A stretch of 27,216 nucleotides of DNA, taken from the IMG/VR virus record IMGVR_UViG_3300037484_001943, positions 1 to 27,216 of that record. One strand, written 5' to 3'. How positions within the stretch are numbered: position 1 is the first letter of the stretch; each line of letters starts with the position of its first letter. The translations under genes and the position numbers were made by a program. The notes beneath the pieces are model-generated. The model was not told the DNA's origin and made no database searches. It was given only the letters and a program-made list of their open reading frames with translations. Positions 8,774 to 17,982 of this stretch are shown one piece after another. Source of the DNA: a virus (taxonomy: Duplodnaviria; Caudoviricetes).

Positions 8774-11700
8774 CTAGAGGATGGCCGTGCCGCGCCGCAG
8801 TTCCCGCCGGACGCCCGCGGCAATGGTTCGCGCGGTTTGACGGGCGGACTGGCCGCCTTGGACACTGACGTGGATGTCGCCGACGTTCGTGACCGGACCA
8901 CCCTCTTGGCGGTAGACCGGCCGAACGCCGGCGTTGATCGCTACAAGCTGTGAGAAGAATCTTCGGGCCGACCGGGCGTTGACCACGAACTCACCGGGCG
9001 AGAGCATGGCGGGAACCGTGTCGGTCCCTTGCGGAAGGAAACCGCCCCCAGAAAGATACCGGGCGACTTGCACCAGGCCGCCAGCCGACAGCTTTCGGAC
9101 CAACCCGCCCTTGGCCGAGGTCAGGGTCGCAGCGGTCGGGATGCTTGGCACGTTGATTTGACCGCTCGCCCTGGCCATCCGCTCCAGCGCATCGGCCGCG
9201 GCCAGACTCGATTCGGCCAGGGATCGGGCCGGGCCGATCGCGCTGGTCAGGTTGGATTGAACCTGGCCGGTCGAGGCGGCGGCCCGTTTGCTCTCCTCTT
9301 CGACCTGGTAAAGGAACTGCTCGACCTGGCGGAGTTGCTCTTCACCACCGCCCTCGGTGAACGGGTTGCCGCGGAGCTTTTCGCGAACCTCCAGGCTCTC
9401 TTGGAGAATTTTGAGGTTCCGGCCCAGGGCGTCATACTCGGCGCCAACGATGACCCCCTTGTTCGTCTCAAAAAAAGCCCGGGCGCGATTGAACAGGTCG
9501 GCGAACTTTTCGCGGGTCAGGTCGCTGCTGCTGTTGAGCCGGACCATTTCTTCGGTCAACAGTGTCAAGCCCTTCTGGGTGTCACTCAACGCCTTGGTTC
9601 GCTCCGGGCTGTAGAGCCACCCGAGGAAGTCGGTTTCCGTAGACCCGACCGGATCGAGCGGCTCACTCACATTGCCGCGAATCCGCGAGAAATTCTGCCG
9701 CAGTTGCTCTTTAGCGACCCGTGCTTCGGCCCGCTGCCGGAGCAGTTCATTGCGCCTGTCGAACTGTTTTTGGACCGCCTCGCCGATCCGGCCGACGTCG
9801 CCGGCGAATTTTTCGCCGCTGATCGCTTCCAGATCGGGGAGGAACCGGAGCTTCACTTCGAGGTCGCGGGTCGACTGCTCGATCTGGGCATTCAGTCCGG
9901 CCAGGGCCTCCGGCGCGGCCCGGAGCGTTGTGATCTGCGTGGAATCGAGTTGGCGGGACAGGTTGCGACTGAGACTGGTCAGACTGATGATCTGCCCGAC
10001 GTCGAGACTCTCGCTGGAAAGGGCGATCCGCCGGAACTCGCGAAACGCCTCCTGGTAGTTTTTGAGCCGCTTTGCCCGCTCGGCCGCGGGAAGTTCCCTG
10101 TCGCCCTCGAACAGGCTGGCTGATTCCTGGAGCCGCACGGATAGAACCTTGAGCCGATCGAGGTTCTGCTTCTCCCGCTGCGCGGCGCGCTGTGCGTCTT
10201 GGGCTCGCCGCTGTTGGCTTTGCCGTAGTTGTTCCTCGGCGACAAGCTGCCGTTGGAGGACACCGCGAACCGCCTCGGCTGCCTTGGATTCTAGCTGTCG
10301 GTTCTTTGTCCGGTCGGCGATGGCCTCGGCCTGCTTGGCGAAAGCCGCCGCCCGGTCGAACTGGGCCAGGGCGTCGCTGGTCTCCTCCGTGGTGGTGGCA
10401 CGGGCCAACAACTCGGCGGCATGCTCGGCCACCTTCTCCGCACGCTGGGTGTATCGCTCAAACTGCCGGGTGTCGCCGAGTCGCTTGTTGTTCCGCTCGA
10501 AGGCGTCGTCGGAAAGCCGATCCCGGACCGAGATACCGCGGCGCTGCGACTCGGTGACGGCCGCGATGGCGTCCTCTTCCATCTGCTGGTAGCGGCGAAC
10601 CCGGTCTTCTTGGACGCGGATGATCGCCTCGGCCGTGCTCTTGGTGTCGCGCACCAGTGTCTCGTTCGCCTCGCGGGCGGCGTCCACGTTCTGGAAGTGG
10701 AGCTTCCGCTCTTCGGCGATCTGCCGCTCGACAATCTGCTGGATCTTTTTGGACGACTCTTCGACCGCCTTGACCCGATTCTCCTCGTCGGCGCGGAATT
10801 TTCCCAAAACTTCCCGAGACGCCTCGGTGCGGATCTTGTCGTACTGCTGGCGCTCTTCGGCGATCCAGTTGCCGATCGCCTCGCCCGCCGAATGGGCAAC
10901 GCCGGCCAAGGCGAGCCCAGCCGAAAAACCGCCGATGGCCTTGTTGGCAAGCGTCGCATCCTTCGCCAGGGTCCGGGCTCTCAGGCTCGCGTAGGCCGCC
11001 TTGGCAGCAAACGCAGTCAAGGCGAGCGCCCCCGCACCCAAGACGGGCACCAGGGCCTTGCCGGTGCCGATCAGTGTGTCCACCCCGCCGACGACGCCAA
11101 AAAACTCCCGGGTCGTCCGGACCAGGGCCGCACCGAGTTCGACGGTAAAGAAGTTCTTCAGCTTGTTGAGGTCTTTTGTGACTTTTTCGACATCGGTCTC
11201 CGTGATTGCCCGAAACTGGTCGTTGAGTTCCGTGAGATCCGTCTTCTCCAGTTCCGCCAGGCTCCGCTGAAACACATCGGCCCCCGTCCCGGTCAGCCGA
11301 AGCACCGCGTTGAGGCCTCGGACCCGCGGGAAGAGCCTGGCGATGGATGTGGTCGAGCCGTCGGTGGTCGAGATAACCGCCTTCATGGCGCCGACGAATC
11401 CCAAGGCGGCCACGGCCTGCTCACCCGACTCGTAGCCGAGCTGCCGCAGGGCTTTCTTCATCTCGGTGGTCGGTTTCACTAGCGCGGTCATCGCGCCGCG
11501 GATCTGCGTGGCGGCCTCGGCCGTCTTCACGCCGCCGATCGTCACCGCCGCATATGATGCCTGCAACTCGTCGAGACTGATGCCAAGCTGTGAGGCCATC
11601 GGCGCGGTCCGCCCAAAACTGACGGCCAACTCGCTCGCCCGGGTCCGGCCCAGTTCGATCGTCTTGAAGAACTTGGCGGCCACGTCGTCCACCTCGGAGG

Positions 11701-12649
11701 TGTCCTTGCCGAAGGCGTTGAGCGTACCGGTAAGCAGATTCACCGAATCCTCGGTGCTCGCCACCGCAACTTTCGAGAACTTCAGCGACGAGGTCAACAC
11801 GTCGACCTGGTTGGCCGTTCCCTGGATCTGGTTCGAGATGACCTGATAGAGGCCCTCGCTTACGTCGCCCAACGGCTGGTTGAACTCGTCCGACAGGCCG
11901 CGAACCGTGGCGGCCAACTGGTTGAGGTTCTTGATCGGCGAGATGGTGCGGATCTCGGCGATCTGCCGTTGAAAGTCGATCGAGTCATTGTAGGCGTCGC
12001 CCAGGGCGTTGCGGACCATGCTCAGCGCGCGGACGATCAATTGGGTGGTCACAACCCGAGCGAGCGTCTCTCAACTCACCGTCAGGGACTTGGCGGACCT
12101 GTTGCCCGTCTCACCGAGCTTGCCGTAGGATTTCTCGACCCGCTGGAGACCATCGGCGATCTTGTTTTCCGCGCCGGTGAAGCTCTGGCCGAGGTTCTTT
12201 TGGATGCGGCGGACGTCGTCCAACGATTTTCCCGAGCGACTGGCGTATTCGGCGACCTTGGTGGCCGCGCTCTCGAAGGCCCGCTTGTGTTCGGTTCGGG
12301 CCACCGTCGGTATCTCGCCGAATTTCGCCTTCACACTCGCCAGATGCGCCAACACGGCATCGGCTTCGGAGCGGACCGCCGAGGTTGTGCTTGCGCCGGT
12401 TGCAGCCGGACCAGCGGTCCCGCGAGCCCGGTTGACGCGATCCAGACTGGCGAAGGCACGGTCGGCTTCGCTCTTGATCCGATTCAGTGCCCCGACGGTC
12501 TTGCCGGCCTGCTTGTTGAAGCCCTCCAAACCCTTGCCGGCCCCGGCCAGCGACTTCTCGAACTTCCCCAGCACGCCGTCCAGTTCGCGCAGCGTGTTTA
12601 GGGCCTGCGAGGCATCGAAGCCGAGTTCTTGCCGGATTTCTTCAGGCAC
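8774..12649 (-). pseudogene. Tape measure protein (copy L) interrupted by an in-frame TGA at 12071-12073
   Basis: ORFs 12071-12661 and 8774-12052 share a frame. The text reads 'LTVS*ETLARVVTTQ' against 'FVVTWGTISRVVMTQ' in the paralog. Contains a TP901-type TMP core and the C-terminal 'GTDTVPAMLSPGEFVVNA' motif. Likely start is GTG 12649 (VPEEIRQELGF, matching MADEIVNKLGF). Confidence 0.8.
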
Positions 12650-12700
12650 AACACACCTCATCCCGTGGATCGATGTAGGCGTACACGTAGAAACCCGACA

Positions 12701-13207
12701 TCACGACACCTTGTACGTCTTGACCTTGAGCGATTTCCACGGAGACGGAAGACGTACCTTTCGGGCGTACTGCCGAAAAGCTTCAGCCCCGGCCTGCTGG
12801 AAGTGATACGGACCGGGCTGCTTCAGGCGATAGAAGACATTGGGATCAGTGTCCGGTGTGTTGAACTCATTGTGGATCAGCCAGCGGAGCGTGGTTTCGT
12901 ACTTGAACGTGTACGTGCCTTTGGCACGGTCGATCTCCAAGCCACCGTCGCCGGCACGCCGGCCCTCGCTGCGTCGGTCCGGGGCAACCCCGGCGGTCCC
13001 GGCCGTGAGCGAGAATCCCACGGCCCGGGCCAGGTGATAGAACGTCGAGACCGACGCCCCGCTCCACTCGGGGATCAACGCGACAACCGTGGCGTCTAAC
13101 CACTCGTGCGCCGCCTCGATGATCGCCTGGCTGAACTCCTCATGCAGAGTTGCCCGGTAGCCGGTCAGGTCGATGCGCGGTGCTTTGAGCGTTCCTTTGA
13201 ATTTCAT
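12701..13207 (-). CDS. HK97-gp10-like neck/tail completion protein (copy L)
   Basis: 168 aa, paralog of 22074-22574. 'IPEWSGASVSTF' resembles the P-V-x-T/S-G-x-L/S-R motif of gp10-like proteins. Confidence 0.5.
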   Translation of the reverse strand: MKFKGTLKAPRIDLTGYRATLHEEFSQAIIEAAHEWLDATVVALIPEWSGASVSTFYHLARAVGFSLTAGTAGVAPDRRSEGRRAGDGGLEIDRAKGTYTFKYETTLRWLIHNEFNTPDTDPNVFYRLKQPGPYHFQQAGAEAFRQYARKVRLPSPWKSLKVKTYKVS

Positions 13208-13211
13208 ATGG

Positions 13212-13472
13212 TCAGCAGCCCTCGCCTACGGCGCCCCTGGGCATCCGTGCCCCTGCCAGGTGAGCCTCCCGCTCGGTGGCGTCGTGATCGCGGACTTGAT
13301 CGTAGGCCAGGATCAACGCCTGGGTGTGGACGCCGCAATCGTCCCAGTTGGGCTTCACTCCCGGGGGCCGGACACCGAGTCGCTCGCAGGCTCGCCAGAC
13401 GGCGTATTCTGCGGTTCGGTACTTGGGCCAGAGGATGCGTCGCTGACCGGCTGCTGACCACGTGGAAAAACC
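13212..13472 (-). CDS. -1 frameshift extension of the tail assembly chaperone (gpGT-like, copy L)
   Basis: The -1 frame after GGTTTTT (13472-13466) encodes GFSTWS...RTAEYAVWRACERLGVRPPGVKPNWDDCGV, which is conserved in copy R. It ends 4 nt before the next start codon. Confidence 0.7.
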   Translation of the reverse strand, partial: GFSTWSAAGQRRILWPKYRTAEYAVWRACERLGVRPPGVKPNWDDCGVHTQALILAYDQVRDHDATEREAHLAGARMPRGAVGEGC

Positions 13473-13903
13473 TGCCGAGCCCTTTCGAGCTTGGCTTCGT
13501 CCAGACAGTTGGCCCCCCAGACAAGCCCCACGATGCGGTTGATCTCGACTTGCGAGAAGCCCGCGCCTCGAAGATCGTTCGTGTAGTTGGCCCACGTCTT
13601 GGGGTTGTCCGGATCAACGGTGTCCCACTCGATCTCGGACGGTTCGAGCGACTTGACGACCATGTAGGCCACGCGGCGGCGGCCGTGGGCGAGCATGGCA
13701 CTTCGCCAATTGACGTCCTCTTCGTTGGGCTCCTTGCCGGTCTTGGTCAGACGAACGGGCGGCTTGGGCTCGGGACACAGCTTGTCGAACTCGTCCATGT
13801 CGGCCAGGCCACGGGCGCGAAAGACGATCTGCTCTTCGCCGCGCGGCAGGACGAGGATTTCTTCGGCCGGCAAGGTGCCGGGGTCGATTCCACCGATTCT
13901 CAT
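13355..13903 (-). CDS. Tail assembly chaperone (gpG-like, copy L)
   Basis: 182 aa, directly after the tail tube gene and a paralog of 21368-21895; has a slippery site near its 3' end. Confidence 0.7.
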   Translation of the reverse strand: MRIGGIDPGTLPAEEILVLPRGEEQIVFRARGLADMDEFDKLCPEPKPPVRLTKTGKEPNEEDVNWRSAMLAHGRRRVAYMVVKSLEPSEIEWDTVDPDNPKTWANYTNDLRGAGFSQVEINRIVGLVWGANCLDEAKLERARQVFPRGQQPVSDASSGPSTEPQNTPSGEPASDSVSGPRE

Positions 13904-13939
13904 TCGATTACTCCGATCGTTAGATAGTTAAAGTTTATG

Positions 13940-14087
13940 CACCACGGAGGCACGGAGGACACGGAGGAAGGAAGGAAGAATGCAGGGAGTGTCAAAGACA
14001 GGAAAGCGGAAAGCACTACGTGGCCGATATGCACCAATCACTCTCCAACAAGAATCTTCTCTCCGTGTCCTCCGTGCCTCCGTGGTG
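13940..14087. repeat. Palindromic REP/MITE-like element with perfect 27-bp inverted arms
   Basis: CACCACGGAGGCACGGAGGACACGGAG (13940-13966) and its exact reverse complement (14061-14087) flank a 94-bp spacer. Each arm contains three CACGGAG units. Confidence 0.85.
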
Positions 14088-14102
14088 ACTTTCTTAGCGT
14101 TG

Positions 14103-14858
14103 CTACTGACTGACGCGGCTGACGGTCGGCTCGACGGCATTGCACCGTCCGCTGACCGAGACGGTCGCCTCGCCAAGGTCGAATTCCTTCGAGTCGGCGC
14201 GGAAGTCAGGGAAGATCGAGATTTCCATGTCGGCACCGCCGCAGGGCGGGATGTGCTCGACTTCAATGTCCACGGCGTAGGGCTCGCACGGATCGGCCGA
14301 GGAACTGACCCACTCGGCGGCCCCGCCACGGCCCTTGATGGCGTCCATCGGCGTGATGACTTCGCCCGTACCGGTGGTGACGAACTCGTAGACGAAGTCG
14401 AGGTTCACGTCCATCGGCACCTGGTTGCCTTCGCGGACGGTGTCCAACTGGCCACGGTCCAACTCGTACTCGTACTCCGAGTTCTCGGTGTAGGTGAAGT
14501 TGCCGTCGCCGACTTTCACGTCGATCTGCTGGGGCAGGAACGCGATCACCGCATCATCGGCCGGGATACCGTCGGCGGTGGCCAGGGCCGGCGCGAATTG
14601 GATGTTCGTGGTCGTAGCACTGCCGTCGGCGGGCGTGCGGCCGGTCACAGTGTAGGTCACGTCGGTCGCGCCGACGACCGTGAATCGGGCCCCGATCGGA
14701 ATCACGTCAGTCCCCAGCTTGCCGTTGACCACCACGGTGTCGAGGTCGAAATCCGTGTCGCCGTCGGCCGGCGGGGTGACCGGTTCGTTGACGGCGCCCG
14801 TGCCACTGAAGCCGTCTTTCACGCGAATCGCGGCGTGACGAAGTTCTATCCTGGCCAT
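14103..14858 (-). CDS. Major tail (tube) protein (copy L)
   Basis: 251 aa, acidic and beta-rich, upstream of the chaperone and TMP genes. Paralog of 20446-21240 (MARIELR...KDG; ADPCEPYAV.IEVEH.PPCG; FPDFR). Confidence 0.7.
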   Translation of the reverse strand: MARIELRHAAIRVKDGFSGTGAVNEPVTPPADGDTDFDLDTVVVNGKLGTDVIPIGARFTVVGATDVTYTVTGRTPADGSATTTNIQFAPALATADGIPADDAVIAFLPQQIDVKVGDGNFTYTENSEYEYELDRGQLDTVREGNQVPMDVNLDFVYEFVTTGTGEVITPMDAIKGRGGAAEWVSSSADPCEPYAVDIEVEHIPPCGGADMEISIFPDFRADSKEFDLGEATVSVSGRCNAVEPTVSRVSQ

Positions 14859-14861
14859 GAG

Positions 14862-15365
14862 TCAATCTCCGTTTGTCGAGAGGAAGAGGTGATACCGGGC
14901 GTCAACCGCGCTCTGGCGGAGCCGATCGTCCCGGCTGATCTGTCCGAAGTGAATCACGCGGATCGCGTCCCGCTTGCCGGAGCGGAGCGTGAGGCAGCCT
15001 AGCTAGGTTTCATCGTCATCCGGCCCGTCACCCCACTTCAGCACGGGGATCGGACCGCCGGCCGCCTGGAGGAACACGCCGGCCTGCTCGACGATGTCGT
15101 AGGCGTTCTTGGTCTGGCCGCCCATCATGCTCGTCAAGAGCAGATTCACGTCCACATCGAAGCGGAAGTATTTGCGGCTGAGTTCCGTTACGGCCGGGCC
15201 GTTGATGCGAAATTCGACGTGGTCATTGGCCCGCATCTTCTCGGCTTCCCGTTCGTCGATCCCTTCGATCAGGATGGGCAGGCCGATCCCGTCGGCGGCC
15301 TGCTTGAAGTAGTCGGCGGCCGAGGCGAATATCCATCGCGGCCAGTGGGCGTTCGGGATGCTCAT
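14862..15365 (-). pseudogene. Tail terminator-like protein (copy L) with an in-frame TAG at 15003-15005
   Basis: After 'DDDET*' the same frame continues LGCLTLRSGKRDAIRVIHFGQISRDDRLRQSAVDARYHL to TGA 14862-14864. This matches the paralog's VGCLSPVQGRHDAIRVMHFGQVDPTNRIKQSMVDARYRM. Confidence 0.75.
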
Positions 15366-15862
15366 TGCCGGTAGGCTCCCGCCGCGAGACTCAACAGGCT
15401 ATCGGCGGTAAGCAGGTGGACTTGCTCCGCAACGCGGCCCATCAGTTCCTTGCCGACGATGATCCACGCCGCGCCGAACTCGAACTCCCAGATGGCCTTG
15501 ATCTCGTAGCGGCGCCGGTTGTAGACGAGCCAGTCGTCATTGGTGAACTCAAAGCCATCAGGCAGGTCGCGGGCGTCGATGATGAATTTTCGTAAGCCAC
15601 TGTCAAAACTGCCGCCGTAAACGAACGCCTTATTGGCCGAAATCTGCGAGATGCTCTGGATCACCTCGCGGCTGATCTTGACCGGCAGGATGACCGCCCG
15701 CCGGACGACGAAAACGTCCTTGTCGATCGTCTTCCGCCCGGTTCGCACGTTGGTCTGGGCATCGCCCAGACGATAGACGCTCACCGTGCCCCCGTACTGC
15801 CGTTTGAGCGCGTAGAGGGTCTGCCGGATCATGCGATTGAGCGTGCGGTCGGCCGGATACAT
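15362..15862 (-). CDS. Head-closure / head-tail joining-like protein (copy L)
   Basis: 166 aa, paralog of 19416-19928 (LYALKRQYGG; RRAV.LPV..SREV.QSIS.ISANK; DWL.Y..R.Y.I). ATGA overlap with the next gene. Function is inferred from position and the 'D.L.Y.GRRY.I' tail. Confidence 0.55.
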   Translation of the reverse strand: MYPADRTLNRMIRQTLYALKRQYGGTVSVYRLGDAQTNVRTGRKTIDKDVFVVRRAVILPVKISREVIQSISQISANKAFVYGGSFDSGLRKFIIDARDLPDGFEFTNDDWLVYNRRRYEIKAIWEFEFGAAWIIVGKELMGRVAEQVHLLTADSLLSLAAGAYRQ

Positions 15863-15880
15863 GCGTCTTTCCGTCTGGGA

Positions 15881-15949
15881 CTACCTGTCCAAAGCCCTTT
15901 CCAGCCGCTGCATGACCAGCGTATTCTGTGCGATCACGGTCGAGCACTT
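15881..15949 (-). pseudogene. 3' remnant of a small gene truncated by the RIT element (copy L)
   Basis: Reads KCSTVIAQNTLVMQRLERALDR* outward from the RIT end; 16 of 22 residues are identical to the remnant at the other end. Confidence 0.65.
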
Positions 15950-15978
15950 TTCTTCTGTGGCGCAGTCAGTTATGTGGC
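15950..15978 (+). repeat. RIT terminal inverted repeat (left)
   Basis: TTCTTCTGTGGCGCAGTCAGTTATGTGGC is the reverse complement of 19295-19323 except for one base. Confidence 0.9.
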
Positions 15979-16043
15979 GTCCAGCACGAGTTGCTCGCGA
16001 TTTCATGGATCGGTGCTGTGCTGGACGCCACATAATTTTCGCC

Positions 16044-17054
16044 CTACAGGCTTCGCAGGAACTCCATGAGTCCGGGATTCTTGCGCCACGGTTTCTTCGG
16101 CTTGCCGCCCTTGATCTCGCACTTCACAAGTGCTTTGGCCTTCATTTCCAGATCGACCTCCGCATACACGTTGGTCGTGTTGAGGGATACATGACCCAGC
16201 CACGCTCGAATCGTGTTGATGTCCACGCCGGCTCGAAGCAGGTGGGTCGCGGTCGTGTGGCGAATCGTGCGGGGACTTCCACGTTTCTTCGCCAGGGACG
16301 GCAGTTTCGCTGCCGTGCGAGCAGCGTGGCGTTCGACCAGCGCATGGACCCCGAATCGCGTCAGCGGTTGCCCACGGCGGTTGAGGAAGACATGCTCCGA
16401 TGCGGCTCGACCGCCGACGAGAGGCCGCAATTCCTCAACGGTCTTCGGCCACAGCGGACAGCGGCGGCGCTTGTTTCCCTTGCCGCGCAGGACAACGGCC
16501 GAGCCGTCGCGGCGAGGTGCGGCACCGAATTCGAGATCGCCGATCCGCGCCTGGGCCACCTCGTCGGCCCTCGCGCCGGTGTTGTACAGGAACAGGAGGA
16601 CCGCGTAGTCTCGACGACCTTGGGCAGTGCGTTGATTGGGCGCTTTCAGCAACGCATCCAGTTCGTCCTTCTCCAAGTATCCGATCAGTGGGCGCGCGAC
16701 TTTCTTCGACGCGATGGTCTGAATTTGACGAGACCATTCCAGGTGCTCCGGGTTGCACCGACCGATGAATCGCGCCAAGGAATGGATCGCCGCGAGGCGC
16801 TGATTTCGCGTGGCGATCCCGCAGCCGCGAGTTTTCTCCAAATCTTGAAGAAAAGCGCGGGTGCGCGCCGGCGAAACGTCCTCCACCCGAAGCCCTTCGA
16901 TCCGTCGATGGGCGGCGCGAGCTATGAACGGCAGAAATTGCCGCAACGCATCCCGGTAGCTCACCTGCGTGTTGCGGGCGAGGTTCCGCTCCGCAACGAG
17001 GTGCTCCAACAAGAACCGGCGGACCCAGGGGCCAAGCAAATCGGTGTTACGCAT
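16044..17054 (-). CDS. Tyrosine recombinase, third gene of the RIT (RitC-like)
   Basis: 336 aa with LYNTGARADEV, GKGNK, R-T-I-R-H (His of HxxR replaced by Arg), WLGH and TNVYA motifs. Confidence 0.9.
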   Translation of the reverse strand: MRNTDLLGPWVRRFLLEHLVAERNLARNTQVSYRDALRQFLPFIARAAHRRIEGLRVEDVSPARTRAFLQDLEKTRGCGIATRNQRLAAIHSLARFIGRCNPEHLEWSRQIQTIASKKVARPLIGYLEKDELDALLKAPNQRTAQGRRDYAVLLFLYNTGARADEVAQARIGDLEFGAAPRRDGSAVVLRGKGNKRRRCPLWPKTVEELRPLVGGRAASEHVFLNRRGQPLTRFGVHALVERHAARTAAKLPSLAKKRGSPRTIRHTTATHLLRAGVDINTIRAWLGHVSLNTTNVYAEVDLEMKAKALVKCEIKGGKPKKPWRKNPGLMEFLRSL

Positions 17055-17982
17055 GGCGTCCCTCCTTCCAGGCGTAGCGCTCGAAGCGCTGGCTGGCTTC
17101 GCGGAGAAGCTCGGGCGTCATGCTCAAGTACACCTGCGTGTCCTGCAAATGGGCGTGACCCAGATAGACCGACAGTTGGTGCAGGAGTCGCTGTACGTCG
17201 GCACCCTGCTTGTACCAGGAGGTGAGACGGTGAACAGCGAACGTGTGGCGCAGGTCGTGAATTCGCGGCTGCTGGCGCACGTCAGTTCGGCGGATGCCCG
17301 TGAGGTCGCGCAGAAGTCGGAAGTTCCAATGGAGCATTTTCGTGCGGATGGGGCCACCCTTTACGGTTGCGAAAAAGGGGGCGTCAGCGGGTCGTCGCTT
17401 CGGCCGCGTGCGGTCGTACTCAGCCAAGACCTGCCTCAGTTGCGGTCCCACGGGAACCAATCGCGTCTTGCCGAACTTCGTGTTCCGAATCGTCAGGATG
17501 GACTTGTTCAAATCCACGTCGGCGCGAGTCAGGTGTATTGCCTCGCTCAGGCGCAAGCCGGCCCCGTAGTACAGCAGTATCATCGTGCGGATCGTCGCTG
17601 GTTCAAAGACACGATTTTTACGCGAAAGAAGCTTAATTGCTTGGAGAATGCGACGAAGTTCTTCCTGCGTGTAGATGTAGGGAACGAATGCCGGCGGCTG
17701 CTTCGGCATGACGGTCGGAAGAGGGGCTGTGGTGATGTAGCCACGGCTCACGGCGTATTGGAGGAAGCCTCGCAGGCGGCTCAACTTGCTGAACCAGGTT
17801 TCGGTTACGGGCCTGGCTTTGCCGAGGAAAGCGTCCACGTGCTTAACGCGAACGCCGCCAATGCTGGCTCGTGCGCCACGGGCACGGCCGAAGGCCCGAA
17901 GAACCTTCGCATCATCGACGAATGGCGTTCCAAGCGACTGACGCAAGGAAATGTACTGTTCGATCAGCCGTTGGAGGTTCAT
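17047..17982 (-). CDS. Tyrosine recombinase, second gene of the RIT (RitB-like)
   Basis: 311 aa with GAGLRLSEA, TKFGK, HDLRH, YLGH and TQVYL motifs; 8-bp overlap with the third gene. Confidence 0.92.
   Translation of the reverse strand: MNLQRLIEQYISLRQSLGTPFVDDAKVLRAFGRARGARASIGGVRVKHVDAFLGKARPVTETWFSKLSRLRGFLQYAVSRGYITTAPLPTVMPKQPPAFVPYIYTQEELRRILQAIKLLSRKNRVFEPATIRTMILLYYGAGLRLSEAIHLTRADVDLNKSILTIRNTKFGKTRLVPVGPQLRQVLAEYDRTRPKRRPADAPFFATVKGGPIRTKMLHWNFRLLRDLTGIRRTDVRQQPRIHDLRHTFAVHRLTSWYKQGADVQRLLHQLSVYLGHAHLQDTQVYLSMTPELLREASQRFERYAWKEGRHA

Noticed and set aside
13940-14087. CRISPR array or tRNA interpretation of the CACGGAG repeats
   Set aside because: There is only one inverted pair with short internal units, no repeat-spacer periodicity, no cas genes and no cloverleaf.
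55-14433. Many long plus-strand ORFs over the left operon (e.g. 55-1023, 2633-3715, 9029-10123, 10421-11482) and minus-strand ORFs over the right operon
   Set aside because: These are antisense shadows of GC-rich coding genes, with no RBS, motif or paralog support.
12071-15005. Stop-codon reassignment (TGA=Trp or TAG read-through) as the explanation for the two in-frame stops
   Set aside because: The two stops are different codons. TAG and TGA both end other genes at positions matching their paralogs or abutting the next start (TAG at 14103, 6058, 2696; TGA at 13212, 15362, 22071). Point nonsense mutations or errors are simpler.
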